In this document: positions 35,620 through 49,039 of the stretch, piece by piece
How the letters are laid out: the number at the start of each line of letters is the position of its first letter
How positions within the stretch are numbered: the stretch's first letter is position 1
Source of the DNA: Leucoraja erinacea
Taxonomy: Eukaryota
Length of the DNA stretch: 64,000 nucleotides
Assembly (NCBI RefSeq): GCF_028641065.1
Contig: NC_073385.1
Location: forward strand, 49,166,001 to 49,230,000
Direction of reading: 5' to 3'
Made by a program: the position numbers and the translations under genes
The notes under the pieces: model-generated
Databases searched by the model: none
What the model was told of the DNA's origin: nothing
Seen by the model: the letters and a program-made list of their open reading frames with translations, nothing else

Positions 35620-37400
35620 AGAAGCTTCATTTACTATTTGCAAGTTTCCATAGTATCCATAGTTTTGAGTCTGTAGAAGGGTCTTGAATAAGCAAGATCA
35701 TCACTTGACAAATCCATGGTGCTGATTTATTGTTATACCTTTCACTTCCTATTTCCCCTTTATTGGGGATTTCATTACTTTTTCCTAACAATGATCTTAA
35801 GTTGACTGGTCTGTAACTCTGAGGACTCTGCCCATTTCCCTCATTAAATGGTGGTATCACATTAGCTACCAACCAGTCATTTGGCACCATACTCTTTTCC
35901 AACCAATTATTAAAATTACTATCAATTTCTGCCTCTGCTCTCCATTTTTTAGATTCTTTGAAAGTGTATGGATGGAACATATTGTGATCTCAGTTTTATT
36001 TTTGCTTGATTAGTTTATTTAATATTTCTCCCTTCCTTTTCAAATGCATACAGTTCAATGCCCATCTCATCATCTAATGTCATTTGTGTATTCCTTTGCC
36101 TTGATGCACTTCCACAAATCTTCACACTTCTCTGCATTAAATTCCATTTGCCTCCTTATTGCCCAGACCATCACTGACTGTCATAGTCATACAGCTCAGA
36201 AATAGGCCTTTTGGCCAAACTTGTCCATGCGACCAAGATGCCCCATCTAAGCTAGCCCCATTTTCCTGAATTTGGTCCATATCGCTCTAAACCTTTCCTA
36301 TCCATGTACCTGTTCAAGTGTCATTTGAATGTTGTTAGTGTACATCTCAACTACCTCCTTTGGCAACTCATTCCCTATACCTACCACACTCAGAGTGAAA
36401 AAGTTGCCCTCCGGTCCCTTTTAAACCCTCTCACCTCTAAACCTATGTCCTCAGGTTCTTGATTCCCCTACCCTGGGTAATATCCTGTGCATTCAAGCAA
36501 AACTCTTATTGTATTGTATTGTATTGTATTCAAATTTATTGTCATTGTCTCAATTTGAGACAACGAAATGAATTTCCCTTACAGGCAGTATCATAAAAAA
36601 ATCACAAAAAAATAATAAAAATAAATAATAAATAAATAATACAACATATTAAAAATAAAATTGAAAGCTTCATTCCTCCCCGATAGTCACAGCTCATTTC
36701 TGTACATCTGCAAACATCTTTATCATGACCCTGTGTTTAGGTTCAAATCAATATTGTGCACAACACAATCAAGGAACTGAGCACTGAACCTTGGAGATCT
36801 CACTGGTAACAAGTCCTAAGACTATTACCCTCTGATTCATACCCGCCCTGAAGTTGCTTTTCAAACCCTTTACACAAGTCCTTTTCTTGGATCCCCTGCA
36901 AATTCACCTTTTTTGAACATATTGTCATGCAGGATGTTGATACAGGCACTTAATCATTCATGTCAGTGCAGACTACTGCAAACGCAATTCCCTTATTAAG
37001 CTTCCCGCTGAACTCTTCAAAAACATAATTGTTAGTCAAACATGACCTTCCTTTGACATATTCACACTGACTCTTCTTGATTAATCTGCATCTTTTTTAA
37101 TGAAGGTTTATACTGTGCTTCAGAATTGATTTCATTGATTTGCCAAGCACAGAAGTCAAACTAATTGGTCAGTATTTATGTGGTGTTCGCTTCCTCCCGT
37201 TTAAAACAGTACAACTTAAGCAGGTGCCCAATGTTCTAGCACTACTACCGCAGACAGGGATGGAAACATTATGGTCAAGGCATCACCAATTTTGTTTCCT
37301 TACTTATTTTACCAATGTGTGGCAATCTTCAATGGGCCTGGCAATATTTCCACTTTCAAATATGTTAAACTCTTCACACTTCCTTTTTTACTGTTGACAT
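35620..37400. mobile_element. Cluster of old CR1 LINE remnants with younger CR1 tail (36180-36495) and (GTATT)n-tailed fragment (36508-36665)
   Basis: Degenerate translation VPNDWLVANVIPPFNEG..SYRPVNLRSLLGK (35627-35980) and a recognisable CR1 tail. Confidence 0.6.
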
Positions 37401-37429
37401 CTAATCAAATATTTCATACATTTTCTACT

Positions 37430-38040
37430 TGGACAGTTTCTTCCCAGCTGCAATCAGGCAACTGAACAGTCTCTCATCAGCTAGAGTGCCATTCTGACCT
37501 CCAATCTACCTCATTGGAGACCAATGAATTATGTTTAATTGGACTTTAACAGACTTTATCTTGCATTAAATGCTGCACCCTTTATCTGTGCCCTGTGGAT
37601 GGCTTATAAATGCGTACAAAATCATGAGAGGAATAAATCGGATAGACGCACAGAGTCTCTTGGCCAGAGCAGAACCAGAGGACACAGGTTTAAGGTGAGG
37701 GAAGAAAGATATAATAGGAAACTTTTTCACACAAAGGCCGGTGGCTTTATGGAATGAGCTGCAGGAGGAGGTAGTTGAGGCAGGTACTATTGCAACGTTT
37801 AAGAAACATTTAGACAGGTACATGAATAATACAGGTTTAGAGGGATATGGGCCCAAAAAAAGGCAAGTGGGACGAGTGCAGATGGGACATTTTGGTCTGT
37901 GTGGGCAAGTTAGACCGCCATGTCTGTTTGTATGTCTCTACGGCTTGGTTGTGACCATGTACAATCTTTTGTTTGAGTCAACAGCACACAAACAAAAGCT
38001 TTTCACTGTATCTTGGTACACGTGACAATAATACACTAAA
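37430..38040 (+). mobile_element. Rex1-like tail split by a CR1 3' fragment (~37600-37915)
   Basis: CAGGCAACTGAAC..GGACTTTA..CTGTGGATGGC on the left; SRTRGHRFKVR-coding CR1 in the middle; AAAAGCTTTTCACTGTA..GTGACAATAA on the right. Confidence 0.72.
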
Positions 38041-38539
38041 ATAATTTCAACTATCTTTCATAAAAAGATAAATTATAAATAGAATTTCCCATCCTTATAA
38101 AAAGATACATTTTTATACTTTTGTATATGTATTCTTGTTCAAAGGTGAAATAATAAATGTGTGTCATAACTTCATCTTCGTCATATTGAATTCAGGCAAA
38201 TTTATCCTCAAATGTTCATTGGCAGAACACTCCAACTACTTTATCTGATGATAAGTGACTGTCAAATCCACTTGTTGCTTTTTACAAATGAAATGATTTT
38301 TGATTAGCAAGCTTGCTGTCTTCCTCATCCAATTTACTTCCACATTTAAATAGAGTGTGGAAATAGCAAATTTAATCATAGCTACGGCTTATTTTGTGAC
38401 GTTAGTCTATGATCACCAAGAATAGAATGTGTTATTTTTGATTTAATTATGCTGTGATTAGAATGCAGTGTTTGAACTTCATGGACAAAGTGTATTAGTT
38501 CTACAGCATTCTGGATGGGTGGTCTCGTGGTTGGTGAGT

Positions 38540-38795
38540 CACAGAGAGGCACAGTGTAGAAACGGCCCCTTCGGCCCAACTTGCCCACACCGACCAACAT
38601 GCCCCATCTACAATATTCCCATCTGCCAGCATTTCACTCGTATCCCTAAAACCCTGTCCTATCCATCTACCTGTCCAAATGTTTCTTAAACATTGCAACA
38701 CAACCTGCCTCAACTACCTCCTCCAGCAGCTCGTTCCATACACCCTTTGTGTATAAAAGTTATTCCTCAGGTCCTTATTAAATCTTTCCCCCCTT
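38540..38795 (-). mobile_element. CR1 3' fragment
   Basis: GGCCCTTCGGCCCAACTTGCCCACACCGACCAACATG..CCTCAACTACCTCCTC. Confidence 0.78.
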
Positions 38796-39242
38796 AAAAA
38801 GTGTCATTTCACTGTGCCACTTCATAAAGACAATGGCGACTTTGTGGAAAAATCCTCACACCTCTCCAAGTTGCTGTTGCACCTACTGACTGGAGCTACG
38901 CTTGAATTAAGCTGTCTAAACGTGTCCTCAGGCTTGACATCGAAGCACTTTGTCCTGAGATTATGAAAGACAAAATATTTTGTCATTCTTCGTTTACTTT
39001 ATTCAAAACAAGATTCAAATTAAATCACCTAAAGCAATGTTCTATGTCAGCAGCATTCTACCACACTACAACACACATTCCTCATGATATTTGTTATTTA
39101 AATGGATCGCTTGAAGTGTTTTTATGTATTTCTATACTGTTAATTAAAATTAATAATAACTGAAATGGAAAATACAAAATATAAGCCCCAGGCATGATGG
39201 ATTCAGGGCAGCTGCAGTTTCAGCTTCCCTTTACCAAGTTAT

Positions 39243-39550
39243 GGGCGGCACAGTGGTGCAACGGTAGAGTTGCTGCCTTACAGCACCGGAGACCCGGGTT
39301 CGATCCTGACTACAGGTGCTATCGGTGCAGAGTTTGTACATTCTCCCTAAGATCGTGTGGATTTTCTCCGGGTGCTCCGGTTTCCTCCCGCATTCTAAAG
39401 ATGTGCTGGTTTGTACTTCATTTTGTTTCTATAAATTGTAAATTGTTCTTGGTGTGTAGGACAATGCAATTGTACAGGGTGATCGTGTTCAGCGTGGAAT
39501 CGGTGGGCTGAAGGGTCTGATTCCATGCTCCATCTCTAAAGTCTAAAGCT
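39243..39550 (+). mobile_element. V-SINE, full length
   Basis: GGGCGGCACAGTGGTGCAACGGTAGAG..GGTTCGATCC (intact B box), V-core and tail. Confidence 0.88.
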
Positions 39551-41289
39551 AAAAGAGGACTCCTTACCCCATTGACGTTCATTGTGTAGAGACTGGTTGA
39601 GCGCATGAAGTGGTTGTAACCTGGTACTATTCATCATCTAGGAGTACACTCCAGACATCTCCGAGTGTCAGGTACCATTAAATCGGGATGCATCCAAGGT
39701 AGAGGCCAACAAATCCATCGTGCTGGCTGCTTCTTACGAAGAGCTCTCCAATCATTCCTACTCCTGTGCCGTCTCCCCACCACCTTTCAAATGTTCTTCT
39801 TCAATAATGAGATGAAAGGGAAGGAATTGGCAAAGGGAACCACGAGGAAGTGAAGCTGCTCCTCACATGTTTGCTTTCCAATACAACACAGGCTGTGATA
39901 CAATACATGTTGTTTGCATCTCCTTTGCAGGGAATTCAAACATTTTTGTAAACATCCTTTACCGACACAAGTTTCTTCTATGTATTATTAGGCAGCCTTG
40001 TGGGTAGCTATTTCATACTCAATCTCTATCTCGGGCATGGCAGGCATATTTGCATCATATTTCCATCCCTTAAGATTGCAGTACCTTTAAAGAATTAAAT
40101 GTACACTTCTGAAGATTTCTCCAAATGAGAATTGGCATGAAAGTATCTTGAAGAGCAGCAAACTTCATGCTCCAATGAGTTGAACGCAGTGTTACTGGCT
40201 GTAAATAACTATTCTGCAGCACTACCCTTCGAGTTTTTATTCATTAGCTCATTTTTCCTGAATTTCATTTAATCGCCTGCTTTAAATTTGTAATTTAAGT
40301 GACTTCAAATGTGATTATAGACTATTGCAGTTCTTCTCTTCACAAAGTCATCAAAAGACTTGTGTTGCTTGTAAGTGCATGGACTATGAATAAATTATCA
40401 GCATCAAGGCACTGTTAAATAACTTAAACGCAGCTCTGAATACTTTTCCTAAAGCATCTATTATAATTTTGGGTCCACGATTATAATTTTGGGTTCCCTT
40501 GTGTACCATATTCAATAGTCAGATGGTAACATCTGACAACTCAGTGCCGACTTTATTATCAAAAACCTATTCTATTTGATTTCCTCGCCTTTCAGAGTTT
40601 ATGGGTCTGGCAATTATTCTGCTTGCCAGAGGAATCAAGTTATACTCTCATTCTCATTCCCAATAAGATGATAATATCAGTAACATGAATTTGATAGACT
40701 ACACACAGCCTATTCACACTAAAAAGCCTAAACCAACCAAAAAGAGCAGAACATAAGCATGCTTTATGATGTTAAGTATATCTTAGCTCTTTCAAGATTT
40801 TCCACAGTTAGTCAATGTTCTTGGAATAAAACAGTGAATACTAACAATCCTGCTTTCTCAATTCTTGGATAATTGAACATCCGCTTAAGTTTTATCCTCA
40901 AACAAGAACATCATTCATTGCCTATAAATATAATCAGAGTGCTTAAATGTCAACCACCTCCAGAAACCATCCAGAATAGGAGCACCTGTGACATAATAAA
41001 CCAGAGATGTGGGCTGAACAGCCCCTTAAGCCTATTCCATCATTCAACAGGATCAAGGCTAATCTCATTGTTGATCTCTATAATACTTGATGCTCCTTCC
41101 AATTTAAATCCTCGAATTCTGCCTCTGCACTTCTCCAAGTTAGCTTCACACCCCACCAGTGAGGAAAATGTTTGTGCATCACAGTCTTTGGCCATTATCT
41201 TGTGTTCCAAAGGGATAATTTCTCATCCTCCTAAACTTCAGAGTTTCTTCCTTCTATTCAATCTTTCCTGTTTACCCCTTCCTTATATC

Positions 41290-41645
41290 CAGGAATCAGG
41301 AATGGGTGTGCGCCCATTTCTCCCACCATCCCGCCACACTGTGGCCCCACTCCTTTTCTCCTTCCCCTTCCACCTACATCCCTGCCTCTGGCTTCCCATT
41401 TCACTCCTCTCCTTATCTTATGTCCTTTTGCTTCCTCTTTATTTCTAGCCATTGTCCACCCACTTGCCAAACCTCGCCTACATCCACCTACCACTTGTGC
41501 AGAAAGGAACTGCAGATGCTGGTGTCTACCGAAGATAGACACAAAGTGCTGGAGTAACTCAGCAGGTCAGGCAGTTCAGTCTACCTGTCCATGTCCTCCA
41601 GGGATGCTGCCAGACCTACTGATTTACTCTGGCACTTTGTGTTTT
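41290..41645. mobile_element. PLE 3' UTR remnant and short palindromic PLE-derived element
   Basis: Pyrimidine-rich tract, then GGAACTGCAGATGCTGG..GACACAAAGTGCTGGAGTAACTCAGC with a decayed inverted arm. Confidence 0.6.
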
Positions 41646-42077
41646 GATCATTTGAGTGAATCTTCTCTGCACTGGTTCTAGAACTGGCCACAGTATTGTA
41701 TACTTCATTGTCTTATAGCACAGCATAATGTAGTGCTGTGTAGAATGCAGTGATTAACAAATGTAATGACTCCCACCTTTCACTTTTGCATGGCGATCTC
41801 TGGAGTAAAATAATTTTCACTTACAGTCAGTTATACTACAGTAACCAGATTTAATCGTACACAGTTACAAATTCAGGAGTGCCATTTGTAAAATCATAAT
41901 TAACAATTTCTAAATGGCCATCATAAAATATTTCCTAGGATGACCTTGCCATCAATGATAGCAGAGATGATCTGTTAACTGTCACACAAGCTCTTGGTTG
42001 ACAGGACAGGCATAATGAAGATGCCAGTTTAAATAAAGGCACCAGTGGTAAAAACCTTCAGGAAAACTTAGTGCATA

Positions 42078-42505
42078 GACTTTACTTAAGACTATAGAGA
42101 TGCAGCGTGAGATACAGCGTGCCCACCAAGTCCATGCCGACAAGCGATCACCACATACTTACCACACTAGGGACAATTTTACAATTTTTCCCAAAGCCAA
42201 ATAACCTACAAACCTGTACATCTTTGGAGTGTGGGAGGAAACCGAAGCACCCGGAGAAAACCCAAGTTGTCACGGGTATAATGTACAAATTCTGCACAGA
42301 CAGCGGCCGTGATCAGGATTGAACCCGTGTCTCTGGCACTGTAAGGCAGCAACTCTACCTCAACGCCACCGTGTCACTCCACGGTCAGGATTGAACCCGT
42401 GTCTCTGGCACTGTAAGGCAGCAACTCTACCTCAACGCCACCGTGTCACTCCACGGTCAGGGTTGAACCCGTGTCTCTGGCACTGTAAGGCAGCAACTTT
42501 ACCAC
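42078..42505 (-). mobile_element. V-SINE with a triplicated 72-bp tRNA-derived head
   Basis: TCAGG.TTGAACCCGTGTCTCTGGCACTGTAAGGCAGCAACT starts at 42313, 42385 and 42457. Confidence 0.9.
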
Positions 42506-43024
42506 ACCCCACTCTGCTGCCATATATATTAATGAGCTTTCAAATGCTTAGCACAGAAGCAACAAAGCATAACATCTCTTCTATCCATACAATCTTTTGA
42601 GTGTAGGCAGAGAATTGGACAAAATAGCTTGATCATACAGGATCCACAATGAGCACACCACAAAAACATGAGATATCCAAACAGGGACAAACAAAAAAAA
42701 AAAGTTGTGTGATTGTTTTCAAAGGACCACGTGATCCCCTTCTCCTCAAAGCAGGGTGAGTGCACACTGTTAATTTATGATGATAACTTGGCATTTGGGT
42801 CAAAATGTGCTTCATTTTCCTGGTATCGTGCAGACCTGCCCAAGTATACGGAAATAACTCACTTGGGTAAATAAATTCTAACATCAGACCTAACCATGTT
42901 AACAGCCACCTATAATAATATGTATTATTATTATTATTATATATTATTATTATTGGTACTTGTTTGAAACGTCCCTGCCAATGTGGCCACATTTAAGTGC
43001 TTGTACAAAAACCATGGCCATGAC

Positions 43025-44064
43025 AAGATGGGGGCAGGGGGGTTGTGTGGGCAGGGGGGGTGTGGGGGAGGGCTGTGGGGGCGGGGGGGTTGGGGGGTGG
43101 GCTGTGGGGGCGGGGGTGTGTGTGGGGGCAGGGGGGTGTGGGGTTATGGGGGTGTGTGGGCGGGTGGGTTGTGGGGGGGGGGTAGGGGATGGGTGTGGGG
43201 GGGGGGGTCGTGTGGGGGGATGGGTGTGTATGCAGGGGGGTTGTGGGGGAGGGAGTTGTGTGGGTGGGGTGGGTTGTGGGGGGAGGTGGGTGTGTGGGCG
43301 GGGGGGTTGTGGGGAGAGGTTGTGTGGGGAGAGGGGTGTGTGGGCATGGCGGGGTTTGTGGGGGGGAGGGGGGGGTGTGTGGGCGGGGTGGGGGAAGCGA
43401 ACTCGAAAAAAAAGACGGGGGGGAACAACCATGGGGGAGAAGGGGATATCACGGGGTAGGGAGGCAGGAGCCAGTGAGGGGGACCAGAGGGCTGGAACTG
43501 GCAGTGCAATAGGGACTCACAGCGAGCGCTGGTCACTGGTCGTTCCCCTCCACCAGGATCAGAGTCTCCGCTTTCCGTTTGGTGACATCTCCGACTGGGC
43601 TGGGCCGCTTCCAGTCCCTCTGAAAGTTTTGTCCGGTTCGAGACCTCGGAGGAGCATCAGCCATCGGCGCGAATCCTCGGCTCGGCCCGGAAGCACCATC
43701 AGCAGCTACGGCGTGTGGGCGGTTGGAGACCTCCGCCGGCCAACCTCAGCTCCAGTAAAGACCCGATGGCGCAGGAAGGGGCAGACCGTCCCGGGGAGTG
43801 ACAGGAGAAGAGTCTAATCCGCGCAGCGCTGACTGGCAGGAGAGGAGATCGATCTGCACACACGCGTTTTTTAAGATTTTTAAACCTTGCCAACTTTTAC
43901 ATTATGCCACCAATCGGAACGAAACTTGGTGCACTCGCAGCACAGGAGAACGGGGAGTGTGCTGGCAAAAAATCATAGCGCTATCGTGTACCATTTTTGC
44001 ACAATAGAAAAACCATGCAAACCGGAAGATGACAAGATCAGAGTTTTAGTTATGTATAGATAGA
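43025..44064 (-). mobile_element. Putative non-autonomous Helitron-like element with a long G-rich tract
   Basis: Minus-strand start TCTAT(CTAT)ACATAACTAAAACTC resembles Helitron 5' termini; ATCGGAACGAAACTTGG subterminal motif; CpG-rich body. No 3' hairpin/CTRR end found. Confidence 0.45.
43030..43395 (+). repeat. G-rich low-complexity tract (GGGGGTTGTG-like units), G-quadruplex-prone
   Basis: Dozens of G3-G13 runs; source of the Gly/Pro-rich spurious ORFs. Confidence 0.9.
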
Positions 44065-44076
44065 TTTCATTTATCA

Positions 44077-44250
<174 letters not shown>

Positions 44251-44299
44251 TTAGAAAAGCAGGTTTTCACAATCCTCAAACACAATCCATAATCCTAAA

Positions 44300-44605
44300 T
44301 CTTTAGACTCTCGAGAAACAGCTCGGAAACAGGCCCTTCGGCCAACCGAGTTGACTTTGACCAGCGATTCCCATATGCTAGCACTATCCCACACGCCAGA
44401 GACAATGTACAATTTTTACCAAAGCCAATTTGACTACAAACTATGCTTTTACAGTGTGGGAGGGATACTAGAACACCCGGAGAAAACCGATGCATTCATG
44501 GGGAGAAAGTACAAACTCCGTACAGACAGCACCAGTAGTCAGGATCAAACGCTGGTCACTGGTGCTGTGAGGCAGCGACTCTATCGCTGCACCACCCTTG
44601 CCACC
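44300..44605 (-). mobile_element. V-SINE
   Basis: GGAAACAGGCCCTTCGGCC tail, CACCCGGAGAAAACC core and reverse-complemented head. Confidence 0.85.
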
Positions 44606-45544
44606 CTCAAAGTGAAGAAAGTACTTCAAGCAAATCAGCAAGAGTGTGCCTTATATTATTCTGCATCAGCTACCCTTTCCTTCCTAATTTATCTCAGCTT
44701 CCCCCATGGTGTAACTGCAATCACGGAGCTGCTTGCTCAGCTCAGCAGTCATGGCACGTGGTCTGACATCTGCTGATCCTTCTTCCTCAGTTTTATCAAA
44801 ATCAACTGCCAAGTGTGCTTTCAGAGCAGCTTAACAACCTTAAAGAAACAGCAATTCATTGATGCACCAAAACGTTAAAGGCCACAGGTGTAAGGCAGAA
44901 TGAAGCAATATATGATCCCACTGTGAAATGCACCAGTGCACATTCACCTGTGGTTTATTACAGGCACTGTTAGCACTGTGTTAGTGGATTCAGTGGGATC
45001 TAAAACCAATAATAAAGCAGAGCAGGGTTACAAAAAGTACAGCTAATTAAATAAAAAAGAATGCCAAAGATGGAGTGTAACTTGAAGTCAGCAAAGGTTA
45101 TGCTATAAATTGACTGCCATCTGATGCAAAATCTCTAATTTTTATTGACAATGTCATCCTGCTGGCATCTAGGAATATGATGGAGTGGAATTAAGAGCAG
45201 AGAGTTTGAATGAAAATCACAATCAACCCTTCTGTGAAGTTAGCCAGCCATGATTACTTCTGCAGCATCAGGCTGCATGTTTCAGTTTCACCATTTTGCT
45301 CATGGTTTGAAATTAAGCCATTAACACTTTTATTTTTGCAATTGCATGTCTTGAGTTGATGTTTTCAATAAACTGTGTAAATGTTATGTTTAGATTCTCG
45401 GGGAAGAAGGTGACCGCTGAAATATTCCAACAATTAATACGTATTTTTGAGCATAAAATCTACATGGCCATGTCCATGCCAATAAGACTTGGACATTATT
45501 CAGACAATTTATATTATACAAGTGCCAGGCACAATGAACTGAAA

Positions 45545-45753
45545 AATGATCTGCAGATGCTGGTTTATAAAAACAAGCACAAAGTTTTGGAGTAACTCAG
45601 TGGGTCAGGCAGCATCTCAGGAGAAAGAGGTGACATTACAGATTGAGACCCTTCTTTAGACTGATTCTAGGCAGAGGAAGCTGGGGTGGGGGGGGAGAAA
45701 GCTGGAAGGGAGTTGGGGCAGGACAAAGCCTGGAAGGTAGATACAAGTGAGGT

Positions 45754-45790
<37 letters not shown>

Positions 45791-45990
45791 GATAGGCGGC
45801 AAGTTGGACAAAGGCCAGACATGAAAAGACAGGAGGTGAGAGACAAAGGAATGAAGAGTTGTGAATTGTGAAGCACGAGGGAGGAATGTAAGTGGAAGGA
45901 GAGGGGGAAGAGATAAGTGTGACTCCAGGTGGGGCACAGGGGAGAAGGGCTGAGGGGGGAAAGAAAGGGAGATGGAGAAAGAAGGGGATG
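45545..45990 (-). mobile_element. PLE 3' repeat/UTR fragment
   Basis: CTGCAGATGCTGG..GGAGTAACTCAGTGGGTCAGGCAGCATCTC..GAGACCCTTCTTTAGACTG, then a purine-rich tract with poly-G. Confidence 0.7.
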
Positions 45991-46429
45991 GAAGTGCAAT
46001 GATCTTTCCCAAAACGAGTGAATTTAATAGGCACATCAGTATCCCTTCTTCCACTACTTGTGGGGCACCACTGACCTGAAACATAAACAATCCAGCAACG
46101 TAAGTACTGAAGCTACAGGAACAGATTAAAGCTGGAAATACCTCATGGATCCCCAAAGCCTCTCACTCTCACTTTTTTCTATTACGCACTACCTCAGGAT
46201 CAAGGAAGACTTGCTTCCTTTTCAGTTGTCTGGGTTCTGAGATTGTTTATGAAGCTAATGTAGGAACGGCAGACTCGTTCATGCACGGAGCAAGAAGCAT
46301 CTGAAGCCAGCAGTGCTTTGATAGAATATCTTGCACCTGCCTGAATGAGTGCAGCTTCAACAACACTCAAGAATTTCAATGGCATCCATTGTCAACGCAA
46401 TCTGCTGGTTGGGCACTCCTAACAAGCAG

Positions 46430-47150
46430 GACAGTTTCCTCCTAGCTGCTTTCAGGCAACTGAACCATCTTGCCAACATCTAGAGAGCAGTCCTGAGCTA
46501 TCTATTTCATAAGAGACCTTCAGACTATATTTGATCGGACTTTACCGGACTTTATCCACCAATTTCTACAGATGCACCTTGGGGAGCATTTTATCGGGAT
46601 GCATCACAGCATGGTTTTGGAACAGCTCCATCCAAGACCCCAACAAATTGCAGAGAGTTGTGGACACAGCCCAGACCATCATACAAACCAACCTCCCTTC
46701 CATTGACTCAATTTATACCTCACGCTACCTCGGCAAGGTCACCAACAAAAACAAGGATGCGTTGCACCCTGGCCACTACATCTTCTCCCCTCTCCCATTG
46801 GGCACAAGGCATAGAAGTGTAGAAATGCACACCTCCAGATTCAGGGACAGGTTATTCCCAGCTGTTATTAGGCAACTGAATAATCCTACCACAACTAGAG
46901 AGCAGTCCTGAACCACTATCTCTCTTTGGAGAGCCTCAGACTATCATTGATCGGGCTTTACTGCCTTTATCTTGCACTAAATGTTATTCACTTTATCATG
47001 TATCTGTACACTGTGGATGGCTCAATTGTAATCATGTATCTGTACTCTGTGGATGGCTCAATTGTAATCATGTATTGTATTTCCGCTGACTGGTTAGAAC
47101 GCAACAAAAGCTTTTCACTGTACCTCTGTACATGTGACAATAAACTGAAA
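46430..47150 (+). mobile_element. Rex1/Babar-like LINE 3' fragment (second family), preceded by a partial older tail copy
   Basis: NFYRCTLGSILSGCITAWF..LQRVVDTAQTII..HPGHYIFSPLPLGTRHRS..SRFRDRLFPAVIRQLN parallels the Rex1 C-terminus at 659-1040. Tail ends GTGACAATAAACT; 36-bp duplication at 46995/47031. Confidence 0.85.
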
Positions 47151-47827
47151 ATGCACTGAAGTTACTCAGGTGTGCTACTGCCACACAGCAGGTGAACCTA
47201 CCATTTCTACCACCAAGGAGGACAGGCAGATCATGCAAATGGGAACGCCACTGCCTGCAGATTTCCTCCACATTTCATATTATCCTGACTTGGAAATGTA
47301 TCTACATCATTCCTTCATTGATGTTGTATCTGAATATTTCAACCACATCCAATAGGCCCTTTGTGGATTGCAGCAGTTCAAAGCAGTGGTTGTTCACCAC
47401 CACTTCCTTAAGGGCTCGTGGGTTTGTGCAATCAAGACATATAGTTATGCCCACATCCCATCATAAAAAGATATGGAGATTACAATTTTGTGTTAAAATT
47501 GAACGATTAACTAGAACATCAATACTGCAACCTTTAACAAAATATTTATGACTTTAAGTAGATTCTCTATATAATAAATAACTTCTATATGATCTATGAT
47601 TATGAATTAAGTATGGAAACAACATGGAAACAAACATCATCACTTATTCTATTACACTAAAAGGGGAACAAAAACTGATGAGAAATTGGCCTCTTTTTCT
47701 TTATCATCATTCTCTTTTCCCTTGCCATAGTTGTTTCTCTGTGTGCCTCGACTTAATTTGTTTTGTTCCCATACCATCTGCTTTCTTCCTTTCTACAATA
47801 GAATTATCTTCTCAACCCACCCCCAGA

Positions 47828-48060
47828 AGGTGGCACTGTGGTAGAGTTGCTGCCTTACAGCACCAGGGTTTGATTCTGACTCCGAGTGCTGTCTGTACAG
47901 AGTTTGTATGTTCTCCCTGTGGCCACGTGGGTTTTCACTGGGTGCTCCGGTTTCCTCCTACACTCCAAAGACATACAGGTTTGTAGGCTAATTGGCTTCT
48001 GTAAATTGTCCCCAGTGTGTAGTTGGGCCAAAGGGCCTGTTTCCACACTATAAGACTATG
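47828..48060 (+). mobile_element. V-SINE (internally deleted)
   Basis: GGTAGAGTTGCTGCCTTACAGC head, GGGTGCTCCGGTTTCCTCC core and GGGCCTGTTTCCACACT tail. Confidence 0.82.
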
Positions 48061-48658
48061 ATTTGCGGGAGTTCACGGAAAGCTATGCACTCTGAGGTTC
48101 ATTGGTGGGATCAGTGGAGGAGCGTGGGGGAGAGGTGCGTGAGTATTTAGCCTCTATGTTTTTCAAGACTATAGTTTTGGGCCGAGCACGTGAAGCAATC
48201 AAATATAAGCTGCAATCAGCTGACCATTGGTTCCCTGCAGAACTGTCAGCTGCCAAGCATCTTGATTTGGCTCATTGCTTTTCAACATTATTGCAGTCAT
48301 AAGACAAGGATAAAAGCAAAAAAAAAATTAGATTTTTAGTTTCTGTCAGATACAATGAGGAATGCTTGGCATCCATTAGTGAAATCACTGTCGTCATCCA
48401 GAACTAATTTTCTAGCAACCCGGTTATTTTTGGCAGATATGTAGAATAAGATACTATTACTCAGTGTGCATGCTTTCCGTGAAACTCATTGGTGCATTAA
48501 GTTTTACAATGCCAAAGGTGGCCATTACAAAAGCATTATTTCCTCTCTTCCCCTTCCTTTCCATTTCACACCCACTCCACCTCCAACTCTCACCTCATTC
48601 AGGCTTCTAACTTTTCCAGAAATCACCTTACAATATAAATAACGCCAAGGCTACTTAC

Positions 48659-48835
48659 TTTGACTTAGCTTCCTGAAGTAAGTTGGGGTCATCCGTAGCA
48701 AGGTAAACCCGTTTTTTGTCGATCTCCACCTTGCGAGCAAGGAACTTGTAGTGCTCCTCTACATGTGCCATATATTCCTCAATAGTGTGGTAAGCTGCTT
48801 CAGTTCCCACTTTGTCTGTACGTCGCACGTGAACA
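48659..48835 (-). CDS. FUT8: FUT8 internal coding exon (177 nt; GDP-fucose-binding motifs)
   Basis: caccag|T GTT.. [58 protein letters not shown](K) |gtaagt. Absent from the ORF track. Confidence 0.98.
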
Positions 48836-49039
48836 CTGGTGAGAATGGAGAGATGAGAGCATCAGCATTGCCCCAGTTCAGTTCAGTCAAATGCTTTCAC
48901 CAACTGTACAATCTGCACAGCTTGCACTTTAAGATTTTACAAATGCTGAATAGGTAACATGATGAACATCCTTTGGGACATACAGCAAATATTTCCCAAC
49001 AGACAAATTATGGATTTAGACTTTAGATCTTCAGAACTG

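Noticed and set aside
39243-39315. tRNA gene candidates (A/B boxes) here and at other SINE heads
   Set aside because: Each continues into the V-SINE core and CR1-type tail; they are SINE heads, not tRNA genes.
42950-43817. Long Gly/Cys- and Pro-rich ORFs (up to 285 aa)
   Set aside because: They arise from a G-rich low-complexity tract that lacks stop codons in most frames.
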